In this document: positions 12,052-25,718 of the stretch, one piece after another | Layout: each line of letters begins with the position of its first letter | Numbering within the stretch: position 1 is the first letter of the stretch | From: Octopus vulgaris | Lineage: Eukaryota | Assembly (NCBI GenBank): GCA_951406725.2 | Contig: OX597816.1 | Location: forward strand, 76,012,001-76,076,000 | Direction: 5' to 3' | Length of the DNA stretch: 64,000 bases | Made by a program: the position numbers and the translations under genes | The notes under the pieces: generated by a model | Databases searched by the model: none | The model's input: the letters and a program-made list of their open reading frames with translations, nothing else | Told to the model about the DNA's origin: nothing

Positions 12052-12660
12052 AGGGAGAGATAGACAGAGAGAGACAGGGATATACCCTTACGGGAGAGTG
12101 CAGACACGTTCCGTACAAACTCATAGACAGATGTACACATCTCCAGAAACACACACGTGCACACAAACTCTCCCATTCCAACACACACACACACGCACCT
12201 ACAAACAACCCTCCCCCCTACTCGTCTCTCACTTGCTATACTGGGGTCCACAACTCAAACTCCCATTTCACCGTAGCTTTTCCTCCTCCTCCTCCTCTCC
12301 TACGACCAAACAACATAACGCTAAATCTACACACATACAGCCACGCCCCCTCCACCTCAAAACTTCAATCTCACAAACTGCGTTCTTCGACACACGAACC
12401 CACACATTACAACCTCCTACACACAAACACATATATACACATTTACACATACACACTTACGCAGACACAGATGCACAAATAAACACATACAGACACACAC
12501 ACACACACACACACATACACACGCGCGCGCAGCACGGCAGCGTAGTTCCGTAAAAACATGGGCAGCGGCATTCGTTATCATGTATATCTAAACGGCATAA
12601 AGATGCTGCTGTCTGCAATACGCGGACGCTTATAAAGTTTCTCTTGTTTTTTATTGTTTG

Positions 12661-12716
<56 letters not shown>

Positions 12717-12938
12717 TACATATATATATGTGCATATACATATATACATACATATATACATAAATATATATTTACTTTATATGCATAGATGTATATATAT
12801 ATACACATATAAAAGTTTATATTTATATGTACATATATTTATACTTATATGTCATTTTTATTAGGTTTTCTACATCTATCCCATATATACATCATATTTC
12901 TATCCAGTATCGAACTTTGATGTAAACTTTGCAAACGT

Positions 12939-13019
<81 letters not shown>

Positions 13020-14016
13020 GCGTGTTCTTAAGTTTCATCGTAACACATCGTATATCTGAATATATCTAAATCTGTACTCTCTCTCTCACTCTCACTGACT
13101 ATATATATATATATATATATATATAAATATATATATAAATATAGATATATACATATATATATCTGTATATGATATACCTGTCTGCTTAACGATCTCTCCC
13201 CGATCTCTCTCCCTTTCATCATTCCATTTTCTGTGTGTTATTTTATTTTATATCATTACAAACAGAGGATTAAAATCGAGCCCAACCTTGATTTAATTTC
13301 TGAGTTTCATTTTTCATTCTATTTAACTTTGTCGCTTCTTCCTCACCCTCTCCTTACTCACACATCTATCTATTATCTTCTTTCTCGAAGGCTTTTGTTG
13401 GATTTCGTTTCTTTTATTTTCCTTTTTAAAAAAATCCGCTATTGTATCTTTAGAAAATACCACTTACAGAAATCTTCAAATTTTTGTGTTTAGAACATCA
13501 AGTTTCCTAACTTCATCTGCTGCTTTCAGAAAAAAAGAAACTATTCTAAAATGAACAAATGAAGCTTTGTCATAATAGATTTATAAATTATTGAGATTCA
13601 TCCACATCTATTATTATCATCATTAATATTATAACGCCGTTATTATTTCGTTAAGAATCTTTTATTTACTACGTGAAAAAAAAAAAAAAAAGACAATGAA
13701 GTAAAAAGCAACAAAATATAATTAAAAATAAAAATCTTCACGCACTTTTCAAGGCAGCAGTATCACTTCCTACTCTTGCAGTCCCCACTTCTTAACTTCC
13801 TTATTTTTCTCTCTTTATTATTTATTTACTTATTTATCTATTAATTTATTTATATTTTATTTATTTACTTTTTGGAAATTTACTTTTGTTCTTATTTGTT
13901 CTTTGGACAAAACTTACGACTAGAGGCGCCACCGGACTAATATTGCTTAATACATATCTATCTACATATATATATATATATATATATATCTATATGTATA
14001 TGGACACACATTATCA

Positions 14017-14062
14017 ATGGAGTCCCATTTATTGGTATTTATTGTTCTAATCTCCGCAACAG
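14017..14062 (+). CDS. Candidate first coding exon of a host gene (signal peptide of a secreted or membrane protein)
   Basis: ATG in tcaATGG context encoding MESHLLVFIVLISAT(G), with a hydrophobic core. It ends in the consensus donor CAG|gtaagt in phase 1, in non-repetitive sequence. Confidence 0.5.
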
Positions 14063-14669
14063 GTAAGTGAAACATTTTCCCAATGTTTTTTGGCAAACAT
14101 AATATGTCACATTCATGCAATATACCACGTGTTATCACCGATATAATATTTGTTACGCTATCTTTTAATTGTTCTTTTCTGATATATGTTTCTGGTGTAT
14201 ATACATTTTCCAGCGGCTGCTGCGTAATGCGAGGGGGTGTTTATAAGATAGAACCGCTGTTAATGCTACCTTTCTTTTTACAGGACAGACTATCTTGCGA
14301 TTGCATGTGTGTGTGTGTGTGTGTGTTTGTGCGTGTGTGTGTGTGTCTGTGTGTGTGTGTCTGTTTTATACACACGTGTGTACGCAATAACTTATAAGTA
14401 TATACTTATATGGATTTATATGTATAAAAAACATAGTTGTATGTTTATAAACAAGAGTACCATGCGTGTACATGAGTCGATTCATATATATATATATATA
14501 AAAATTCTATATAATGATATAAATAATAGCATGCAAATTTGGGGTTAAGAAAATAAACCGCTTGGATGGAAAAAAGTCGAAGTCTGGTCTTGGTACTCCA
14601 GCCCATATCTTATGTAAAAATAAACGTTCTTATAACATAAACTGGATATATATCTATATACATACGTAC

Positions 14670-14723
<54 letters not shown>

Positions 14724-15399
14724 TTGTAAGTATATAGTAATAACATATATAGTAATAAAAGCTATATGTGTGTCTCTGTGTGTGCGTATGTGTGTGTAAT
14801 AGTAAAAGCTGTACAGAAAGACGATGAAAGTATATACGTAAAACAGGAAAAAAAACAACATAGACAAGACGTCGACACGTTCATCCCTCATTAGTTATCG
14901 ATCAAAAATCTTCACAACTTCGACATGTGTGTGTGTGGATGTATTTGTGCGTGTGTATGTGTGTGTTCGTACGTGTGTAGTGTGTGTGTGTGTGTGTGGG
15001 TGGGTGCAGGCATGCTTGAGTGGTTAGGAAATCCGTTTCATCCTCATGCGGTTCATACTGTTTCGGATTCGCTTCCACAGAATCGCGTGGGTATGTATAA
15101 GTCACCATAGCCTTGGGACCTGCGTTCTGCTGAATCTATTCGAGAATTACATTTAGGGTACACGTGTCTGCGGAATATTCAGCCACTTATTCGCTAATCT
15201 ATCGGGTACTTAGTTCAGTCGATCGAGTCACCGGAATACACTTCTCGACGACGCTGACGGAGATTTGTGTGCGTTTGAAAATATATTTACATGTATGTAT
15301 TTATGCGTATGCACTGTATATACTTGTATGAATGTATATATATATGTACGCATGTGTATATATATGTACGCATGTATACGTTTGCATGTATGTATGTAC

Positions 15400-15430
<31 letters not shown>

Positions 15431-15539
15431 TGTATGTATGTATATATATGTGTATGTATATGAGTTGTATGTATATATATATATGTATATATGTTTGAAT
15501 GTATGCATCCATATGTATGTATAATGTTTGTAAGTGTGA

Positions 15540-15610
<71 letters not shown>

Positions 15611-15650
15611 GATATATATATGTGTATATATAGATGTATATATATGTATA

Positions 15651-15820
15651 CGTTTCGAAACACGCATTGAGTGGAACCAGGGGCAGCTGATGAAGCGGAA
15701 TATTCCTTGTATTGTTTGTCTTGTACTCTGTTTTTTCGTTGTTAAAAAAAGTCCGTTTCCTTGTTTGTTTTCATGTTTTCGTTTCTCGTCGTGTTCTACG
15801 TTTATTTGTGGTGTCCTGTA

Positions 15821-15825
<5 letters not shown>
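15651..15825 (+). repeat. ~180-bp interspersed repeat with GAAA...CTGATGA order (related copies at 361-545 + and 14800-14925 -)
   Basis: Shared layout tcgaaa...(c)tgatgaagg, then a GT/T-rich tract, then gtcc(c/t)gtactcatatat. Confidence 0.55.
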
Positions 15826-15870
<45 letters not shown>

Positions 15871-16539
15871 GATGTAGGTATGTACAAGCTCTACCTTGTA
15901 ACTTGTCCCATCTGTGTGCAGCCCTGAGTGGCCAATAAAGAAACTTATTTGTTAAATTGTTATTATATATATATATATATATATATATACTTATATGTGT
16001 GCATATATACACATGTATGTGCGTGTGTTTTTATGCTATGTTCATTTCCTTCGCGTGTATTTATTTACTTTTTCTGTTTTTTTATTTCGTTTCTTCTTTA
16101 GCGAGTAATGCAACCTTGAATACAAAAACTGAAATATTTTTCCAAATAAATCATTTGTCGGTATAAGACAAACAAACTTGATATCTTACGAATATTACAC
16201 TAACACTATACTGTTTTTTCTTTTCTTTTATATAATAATCCATTGCAACATAATATTGATGTATTTTCCAGAAATAGCGAAAAATTACTTCAAACTTTAG
16301 AAATTCGTTCAAAATTATTGCTCAGAATTATAAGGTGTTTCATTGTTTATTGATAAACACAAATACTTTTCCGAGTTATAAAAATCCTTAAACTCTGTAT
16401 TCATCTTTCAATGATACCGTCGTCACACACTGGCGACTTTACTGGCTACTTCGAATAGATTGAAGTCGGGACTACATGCAAAAGTAAATAGTCAACGAAA
16501 CACACATGAATCCTATTATATCTCTTCTGCCTACTGTGG

Positions 16540-16980
16540 TGAACTATATCACCCACTGTACGTATGTATTTGCAGCGAAGTAGATTCGGCAGCAGGCTTT
16601 TAAAAAAGCGATTTCGTGGAGGAAAGGTAGCTGCTGTGGCAGGAGTGAAGTTGCTGATGTTTTTACTTCTGTTTAACGAGGTCTTCTGTCCTCTCTGCTT
16701 CCGTTTTTCGTTTAACAAAACCATCAGATCTCTTTATGTAAGTTGTGTATGTAACCTGCCCATCTTCGACTTCTCTGTTCTTAATACCTGGAAAACTGTA
16801 TCATTTGTCTCGTTATCTTTAAATCTGTTTGATAGGATCAACTGCCCACTCTGCGCTCAATATTCAATTGGTATTTTTATCTGTGCGTTGGATGATGGTT
16901 GTCCAGTGGACACAGAATCTTGTCTTATCTGCGCTGGATGTTTGTATGCAGGACTGTGTTCGCTTTTCTGTATGTTAACA
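16540..16980 (-). mobile_element. Degraded RTE-like LINE 3' remnant
   Basis: A minus frame contains RSRRWAGYIH (cf. the RWAGH motif of RTE ORF2 C-termini). Multiple stops. Confidence 0.4.
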
Positions 16981-17416
16981 TAAATAATATAAATATACAA
17001 ATTAATATAAAAAAGAAATATGTATTCAGAAATTCAAATTAAAACAAAAACCAACATTATATTTATAGAAATCTACATGCACGCTTTTCTTCTATCATCA
17101 GTTTTTCAGTTTATTTTTCTAAATAAGTCCGAAATTCCCTGCAAAAGTGTCAAGTAATTACTTCAAAACTTCGTCTATCGACTCGGATAATAGACCACGC
17201 TTAAGTACAATACCTGTGAATAGCTTCACGCAACTGACAAACTTACGCGACATATCGTCGGTTATCCCTTTTGTTAGTTTTTTTTTTTTACACGATCCCT
17301 TTTGACCGGAATTTTTTCCTCCCTTTTTTTCTATTTCCTTCCTTTTTCTTTCGAAAAGAAAAGCTCTACATTGTATTTTGTCCCTTCTGTGTTCGGCCCT
17401 GTGTGGCTAATAAAGA

Positions 17417-17477
<61 letters not shown>

Positions 17478-17860
17478 GCCACTCTGTCCGTCTGTCCGTC
17501 TGTCTATTCGTCTGTTTATGTATCTACGTATGTGTAAATATTATACTCTCCCACACACACGTGTGTGTGTGCGTTTATGTATATAAAAAACAAGTATGCA
17601 GATAAACAAATTATACACATCAAATATATTAAACGTGTTAAATTCATCAAATACAAAATATGCATATATGTATACATGCAAAACGAGAGAAAGCAAAAAA
17701 TGGGAACTTTCAAATGATGAATATTTTTGTATAAATATGTATATATTTACATTAACAGGTCCAACATACACAGAGTACAAATGACAGAGAAAAAGGGGTG
17801 GAAGAAAGGTGTAGTATATACACACATACCAATTTGTATTTATATGTATACGTATATGTA

Positions 17861-17931
<71 letters not shown>

Positions 17932-18011
17932 TTGTGTGGATGTGTTTGTGTGGATGTGTTTGTGTGTATACACATGTATTATACATCTATAGCTACCTAT
18001 CTATGTATATA

Positions 18012-18243
18012 CAGGGTGGCTCAAAAGTAGGTTTACAGTTATCACGTAGGCACTTTAAATTTCTTCTAAAACATTTTCCTACATTTAAATTTCTATCTTA
18101 CAAACTGAAAAAGGGAGCTTCACAAAATTAACTAAATTACTAAAGAATAATGGTCTCATATTTTTTTTTGTAATTAAGATCTAAACTATATGAATGCGAA
18201 AGAGATAGTTGAATAACTGTAAACCTACTTTTGAGCCACTGTG
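18012..18243. mobile_element. Tc1/mariner-type MITE
   Basis: ~31-bp TIRs cagggtggctcaaaagtaggtttacagttat and ataactgtaaacctacttttgagccactgtg, with TA flanks. Confidence 0.9.
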
Positions 18244-18551
18244 TATAATCGTACGTGTACATATACATGGATACTTAAACACATATACAGGCAACAATGC
18301 GTTTGTGTTGTTAGTGGTACAGTGTAACCGATAATGCAACCAGTAAGGTAAAGAAAACTGACTACGTTGGTTAGACTAAATATATATTGTATAAGATTAC
18401 AGCTCCAGATTACAGCATTCCGTCAAATAGTGTTATGTTTATGTAGTCCATGTAGTCGGATAATCCTCTGACAGGACTGATTGGTGAAGCTACTGATTTT
18501 CCAAACTTTCTTAAAAGTTATACCACACAATGCTTCACCAAAACTACCTCA

Positions 18552-18940
<389 letters not shown>

Positions 18941-19139
18941 CAGGCATAACTGTGTTAAGAAGCTTACTTCCCAACCGCATGGTTCTGGGTTCAGTCTCAC
19001 TGCATGGCACCTTGGGCAGACGTCTTTTACTACAGCTTCGGTTCAACCAAGGCCTCGAGAGTGAATTTCGTAGACGGAAACTGAAAGAAGTTCTTCCTGT
19101 ACGTATACACCCACCACATTTATATGTTAAATAAAATAA

Positions 19140-19590
19140 GATACATAAGAAATTAGATATAATGCAGAAAGTATAAAAGTATATCTCTCCCTCTCCAGAG
19201 AAAATTCCTCTAAAAAAAAATGAACTCTACTAATTCCTTCTACTGACGCCCTTTTAACTCGCCTTTGATGAGATATTATTTATTTTCCTGAAACAGCTGA
19301 AAGACCACCTTTCTTTTCATAAATGTCCTAGGAATATCAAATTGCCTTGGCCTTGTTATGTCATTTTATTTAATATATATACGCTCACACACCACCTGCT
19401 TTAGACTCCTCACACATACTATTATCGAACCAGGAGCTTAACAGCGGTCCTTCCATAGCACTTACACAACGGTTTGGGTATGGATTTTGTTGAATTTTCT
19501 GCTGCTTTAAATAAAGCATATTACTCTACCACTGGTATTTGAGTACTCTTTTTTTCCACCTTGTTTCACATTTATGTGTTTACTCCATAT
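19140..19590 (+). mobile_element. PLE 3' remnant with degenerate hammerhead
   Basis: gcct-TTGATGA(19265-19271)...GAAA-cagctg-aaagac (19290-19305), downstream of an ORF-end-like PEKI..KNEL stretch. Confidence 0.45.
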
Positions 19591-19591
19591 A

Positions 19592-19639
<48 letters not shown>

Positions 19640-19699
19640 ATGTGTGTGTGTGTATGTGTGTGTGTGTGCATTCGCGGGTGGGAAACGTGTTGGACCGCA

Positions 19700-19897
19700 T
19701 CTTGAGTAACCTCTTCTCCTCTGGAAGCCATCTACTCGCAACACCAGAGGGCGCACACTCTCCTACCCTGATGTAATCTCCAGGGATACAAGCATCCAGC
19801 AACAGGACCTCCGTAATGCTATGATGGACCGTGAAGTCTGGCGCAACATGGTAAATTCCATTGTCTCGACCACGGTCGAACAATGATGAATGATGAT
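19700..19897 (+). mobile_element. RTE-type LINE 3' end
   Basis: LLLWKPSTRNTRGRTLSYPDVISRDT...AMMDREVWRNMV*, followed by a (tga)n tail. Confidence 0.8.
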
Positions 19898-21204
19898 TGT
19901 ATTTATGTATGTATGTATGTATGTATTACATAGCTATCCATCTGTATGTCATCGTGTTTGTGCTTGTCATCCCTTCATCACTTGACAACCGGTGTTTGTG
20001 TGTTTACGTTCCAGTAACTTAGCGGTTTGGCAAAGAGCTGATAGAATAATTACTAGGCTTAAAAAAGCCCTGCGATCGATCTGTTTGATTAAAGCTTTCA
20101 AGGCGGTGCTCCAGCATGGCCGCAGTCAAATAACTGAAACAGGTATATATATACTATGATATATAATATATACATTATATATATATGCATACATACACAT
20201 ACACATACAGACACACGCACACATATATATATAATATCCACTTATAAGGCTTTTGTTGGGCCACCATATGGCAATAAACACTTGCCCAAGGTGCCACCAA
20301 ATGGAATCATGTGGGTAGAAGCGAAATTCATACGGTAAAACCATACATTTGTCTATCTATCTATATGTCTGTCTATCTGTCTATTTATGTGCGGACTTGG
20401 CTGTACGTGTAAGAAGCTTGCTTTGTAGTTACGTGGTTTTGAGTTTAGTGCCACTGCACAGCACCTTAGGCAAATGTCTTCCATTATAGTCCCGAGCTAA
20501 ATAATGCCTTGTAACTGAATTTGGTAGACGGAAACTGTGCAGACGTTCGTCGTATATATAAAAATGCGTGTGTGCGTACCCGTGCGCAAGTTTAGATATG
20601 ATGCAAGTCAACTCGAGACAGAGTAAGACCACTTCCTACTCACAGTAAGTCTGTGCAGATATTCTTAGAGTCCAAAAAAGGTTCCTGTGTGTGAATTTGT
20701 TTTGAGTGGATAATGTGTTGCTCAACACTAAACCCTCTTATCGACGCAATCAGCTATAAAACCAGTGGCACAACAGAGCTTGAGACAACCAAAAACCTGT
20801 TGCACTTCAGGTATTTTCTCACATGTGTTTAGTATCTCCTAGAAGGAAATTCCAACGGGAACTAGAAGTTCTTCATTCCCAGTAATTTGCATATTAGTCA
20901 GCCCATAGCTGGGACTCCCAAGGTGCTACTATTCCAATCAGTGTAGATCTGGAAACAATAAAGACTGAAAGGTGGTTATACACTCCCAAACCCCTTGGAT
21001 TCCTGAAACAGAGCCTCCCCACCAGATATAGTTTAAAGTCATATCCAGAATACGTTTGTTTAAACATATATACATACATATACATACATACATACATACA
21101 TATACATACATACATACATACATACATACATACATACATACATACATACATACATACATACATACATACATACATACATACATACATACATACATGCATG
21201 CATA

Positions 21205-21686
21205 ATCAGCTGCCCAGTGGATGTTCACATAAAAACTGAAGATCAATGAAAAAGAGAATACCTACACTGAACTATTGCAGTTACTCTATCCAGATTACAA
21301 GTTCAGGTTTATATCTGTAATTATTGGGGCATTGGGATATGTAACACACTGCCCAAGTACCAATCTTGAGAAATTAGGCTTCTCAAAACCAGAAAAGAGA
21401 AATGTTGATTCGAAGACTACAGATCCAATCCATCACGGAACTGTAAAAATCTGTACAAGTTTCCATAAGTTTATCATTTAAGTATATATGAACATGTTTT
21501 GATATGGAAGAAAATACATGAGAAGACATACAAAACACAAAGCATACAAATCTGCACGTATACATACAGACATGCAAAAGTACCCTGTTATTGATGTTGA
21601 AATTCCAATGAAGAATCCTTGGATCTAGGTTAGAAACCGGCTTTTCCTCTATTGGCAAGCTATCTTGAAATAAACTGTAAAATGGC
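21205..21686 (+). mobile_element. RLE-type (R4/Dong-like) non-LTR element 3' fragment within (CATA)n
   Basis: SCPVDV..KINEKENTY..LQLLYPDYKFRFISVIIGALG, with CATA repeats on both sides. Confidence 0.8.
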
Positions 21687-21709
21687 ATACCTACATACAT
21701 ACATGTACA

Positions 21710-22356
21710 GGACAACATCACATATGTGATTATCGGCTGCCCAAAATTGTACTGAAGGTGCTAACTCCTTATGCGAGATGACGTTGTTACACAAGCAATA
21801 TGCGATGCCATTCAGAAAAAAAAGATTATCCTGGAAGGAATATAGAGAATCCCCCCTTTATTGAATATGTACACATAAATCAGCACAATGAATTCTGATG
21901 GAATATTCCCATGAAAATATTTGTCAAAGGTAAGCATAACAGGTCAGATATTGTTGTTTGGGACCAACAGAAAAAGGTATGTACTGTCATAGAGGTCAGG
22001 TGTGCTGCTGATGTGAACATCCCTTTGAAAATCAAAGAGAAAGGAAATAACTATGGACAAGTGCTTCGAAACCTCCAGCTTCTATATCCGGATCACAAAT
22101 TTACATTTATATCAATAATAATTGGAACACTTGGTTTTGTAAGTAAATGCCTAACTGTCAGTCTGGATAAACTTGGATTTTCGGATAAAGAAATCAACCG
22201 ACTGATTCACACATTACAAATCTGTAAGCGGAAAAGTAAAACTATGCCAGACTTTTCTCGGCTTTAAAATGTGACATTACTTTCGTTATCTGCATTCCAA
22301 AGACGGAGCTTTGAATCTTTGTTAGAAAGAATTTAAATGATTACAAACAGAAGAGG
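21710..22356 (+). mobile_element. RLE-type (R4/Dong-like) non-LTR element 3' fragment
   Basis: Degenerate zinc knuckle and RHD region, then HNRSDIVVWD...TVIEV...KEK..Y (PD-(D/E)xK nuclease). It ends in (CATA)n. Confidence 0.88.
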
Positions 22357-22444
22357 CATACATACATACATACATATATAATTCATGCACACACGTATAT
22401 GCATATCTATTTGTATATACATTTATATACATATATATATGTAC

Positions 22445-22485
<41 letters not shown>

Positions 22486-22610
22486 TATACATATATATGC
22501 ATATATACACACATATACATACATATATACATACCTACATACATACATACATATAGATAGATATGTGTGTGTGTGTAAAACAAATAAATAGCAAGGATGT
22601 CAAAGCAGTA

Positions 22611-22700
22611 TTGCATTACGGCCGTTTCAGGCGACTCCATTTAATCGAACAATGCAAGCATTACATCAATTTGAAATACACCGACATCTTCGGATGCATA
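22611..22700 (-). ncRNA. Type I hammerhead ribozyme motif (CCGAAGA core) within an inverted-repeat element (22577-22892)
   Basis: Minus strand: tgcat-CCGAAGA(22693-22687)-long stem II-GAAA-cggccg-TA-atgca. Stem III is palindromic (ACGGCCGT). Flanking inverted arms lie at 22577-22612 and 22860-22892. Confidence 0.75.
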
Positions 22701-22945
22701 ATATAGGTTTTCAACATACAAGATACTCTATTATAATTTTTAGCAAATGTTTCATCAGAAGTAGAGAATGAAAGAATTACATGCTACTATTATAGAAGCA
22801 GAGTGAAATTAGAGAGACAATACCCCAACTACAATTTGGAGTGGCAGAAGAGAATAACAAATACTTTGGCATCCTTGTTACCTATTTGCTTTTCGAGCTG
22901 TGCGGGTAATACCGGACTGACTTAGGTACCTAATTCAAGTGAAAC

Positions 22946-23022
<77 letters not shown>

Positions 23023-23169
23023 CATGTGTGTGTATATATGCATGCATATTTGTATGAACGTGTGCATGTGAGTGTATGCTATTTTATTTGTTAAATGAAA
23101 GTGTGGAGTTATGAAAGATCTCTCAACCAACAAACTTTGTTACAGATAACACATATTCTTGTTCAACAC

Positions 23170-23445
23170 ATGTACGTCTATGGATGGTAAGTCAGGGATC
23201 ATTCTCAAATAATTTTCAGTTCCTTTTTTTTATCATTCCAAGTGCTCCTACAATCGTTGGTGTTGTAACCGTCTTGAGATGCTAGTTTTTTTCGATTTCA
23301 ATGAGCAAATATTTATATCTTCTGAGCTTGTCATATTCTTTTGCCAAGATATTATGGTCACAAAAAATGCTCGTGTCGATCAATAAGCAGACTTTAGTGT
23401 TTTGGTCTTTCACAGCCTATTAGCTTCGATGATTCTGTCTGTCTG
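23170..23445 (-). mobile_element. R4/Dong-like RLE fragment
   Basis: Minus strand reads TDRIIEANR...KVCLLID. Confidence 0.6.
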
Positions 23446-23993
23446 TCATCATCATCATCATCATCCTCATCATCATCATCATCATCAAAATCATCACTCT
23501 ACAGGCTGGCAGAATCGTTAGCGCGCTGGTCGAAATGCAGAGCGGGTGTTTTGCCCACCGCTACATTCTGAGCTCAAATTCTGCTGAGGTCGACTTTGCC
23601 TTTCATCCTTTCGGGGCCGATAAATTAAGTAGCAGTTGAGTACTAGAGTCGATGTAATCGAGTAGCCCATCCGGCTCAAGAGGTCCCTGAATAAGTCTTA
23701 GGGATGTTGAACGAAACATCCGTGTTTCCAGAGGTGAATTATCCAAACCCCAAATAATTCCTCTCAACACATAGCTATGAAGCTCGTGATCAGGGATGCA
23801 CTTATTGTCAGCCGCTAAGGGATATGCTCAGCTAGTTACGGTAAAAAAATTGACAAGCAAATATGTGGTACTGAGCTGAATATTTGTTGTAGCCCATCTT
23901 TTATACCAAGACAAAACAATGTACATGATAACACTTCCAATCACTTAAGATGAGAAGCCATAAAAGCCACAGCTTTAGTACTCCATCAGGGCA

Positions 23994-24060
<67 letters not shown>

Positions 24061-24061
24061 G

Positions 24062-24450
24062 AAGGCAGCGAGTTGACAGAATCGTTAGCTCGCCGGGCGA
24101 ATTGCTTAGCATTATTTCGTCCGCTGCTGCATTCTGAGTTCAAATTCCGCCGAGGTCGACTTTACCTTTCATCCTTTCGGGGTCGATAAATTCAGTACCA
24201 GTTACGCACTGGGGTCGATGTAATCGCCTTAATCCGTTTTCTGTCCTTGTTTGTCCTTTCTGTGTTTAGACCCTTGTGGATAGTAAAGAAATAGGTATTC
24301 GTCTGTTGTTACGTTCTGGGTTCAAATTCCGCCGAGATCGACTTTGCCTTTCATCCTTTCTGAGTCGATATATTAAGTAACAGTGAAACACTGGAGTCAA
24401 TGTAATCAACCAGTCCCCTTCACGCAAATCTGAGGCCTTGTACCTTTAGG
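24062..24450 (+). mobile_element. Family B SINE with partial duplication, next to (ATT)n
   Basis: ggcagcgagttgacagaatcgttag...gagttcaaattcc...gcctttcatcctttcggggtcgataaa. Further copies lie at ~10800, 23500, 25577, 35355 and 56320. Confidence 0.85.
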
Positions 24451-24479
24451 GTTATTATTATTATGATTGTACCAAAACA

Positions 24480-25450
24480 GCTTATTTTGCTGGGGATGAT
24501 GGAAAGTGTCAGCTGCCCACAGCCATCAATCTAAAGAGACACATGCTTACTGGTCATGTTTCAATAACCTTACGAAGAATTCTTACAGTTCTAAACAATG
24601 CTGATTTTTGGTGTTCTACCTAAACACTTGCACATCTTGAGTTCAAGTTCCATTCTAATATCAGTACTAAAATAGTGGACCGTGTTCACCAAAGAACTCA
24701 CTTGTGTCTACCTTTGCCATACAGTTTCAAATCATCCATGAAGTGGAGGTGGTTGATTATTTGGGATTCTCCCTTCAGTTGGTACCCCAGGTTCATTTTC
24801 CTAAGTACCAAGGTCAGGGGTATCATGTAGAGAACAAAAGTAATGAAGATGGGCTATCACCCTGGAAAATCCCTCTTCCGATACCCAGGGTGCCCAAACT
24901 TTTTACGTAAGATGTCAGTTTAGTCTTCCATCCCACCTTACTTCTCTTAACGAAACATGTTACATTCCTCGCAATTCCAAACAAATCTTGGCATTCGATG
25001 ATCAACGACTGTGGAATCATATCATATGCTTTGCGATAGTCAATCCAGGCCATCCCCAGATTTGTTCTCCTTCTTTTATAATGTTGCATTACCATTTTGT
25101 CTATCATTAGTTGATCTTGGGTAACTTTGCATCTCAATCTATAGCCTTTTTGTTCCGGCTGTAATATATCGTTTCTATCAAGAATTTTATACAGTTACTC
25201 TGCAATTCTTCCTGACAGTAACTTCCACATTAATGGGAAGCAGGAAATTGGTCTGTAATTGTCTGTAATTGATGCATCCTCCAGGCACAACACCGTTCGT
25301 CCTTTTGTCAATTAGCCCGGGATTTCTTCCTCTCCATTGACCAATGCATTAAATTGCTCTGCGATCAATTTCTGGCAACTACTGAACTTTTTTTCATCCA
25401 AACTCTCTGTGCACCATCAGGGGTTTTGGATAATAAAGTTCAGTAGTTGC
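24480..25450 (-). mobile_element. R4/Dong-clade non-LTR element, deleted and degenerate, between (ATT)n arrays
   Basis: NYRPISC, MAWIDYRKAYDMIP and GRGIFQGDSPSSLLF, with an RLE-region tail. Confidence 0.88.
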
Positions 25451-25553
<103 letters not shown>

Positions 25554-25718
25554 GTTATTATTATTATTATTATTAGGGCAGTGAGCTGGCAGAATCGTTA
25601 GCACTCCGCGCAAAATGCTTGGTGCCATTTCGTCTGTCTTCATATTCTGAGGTCGACTTTTCATCCTTTCGGAGTCGATAGAATAAGTACCAGTGGAATA
25701 CTAGGGTCGACGTGTGCC

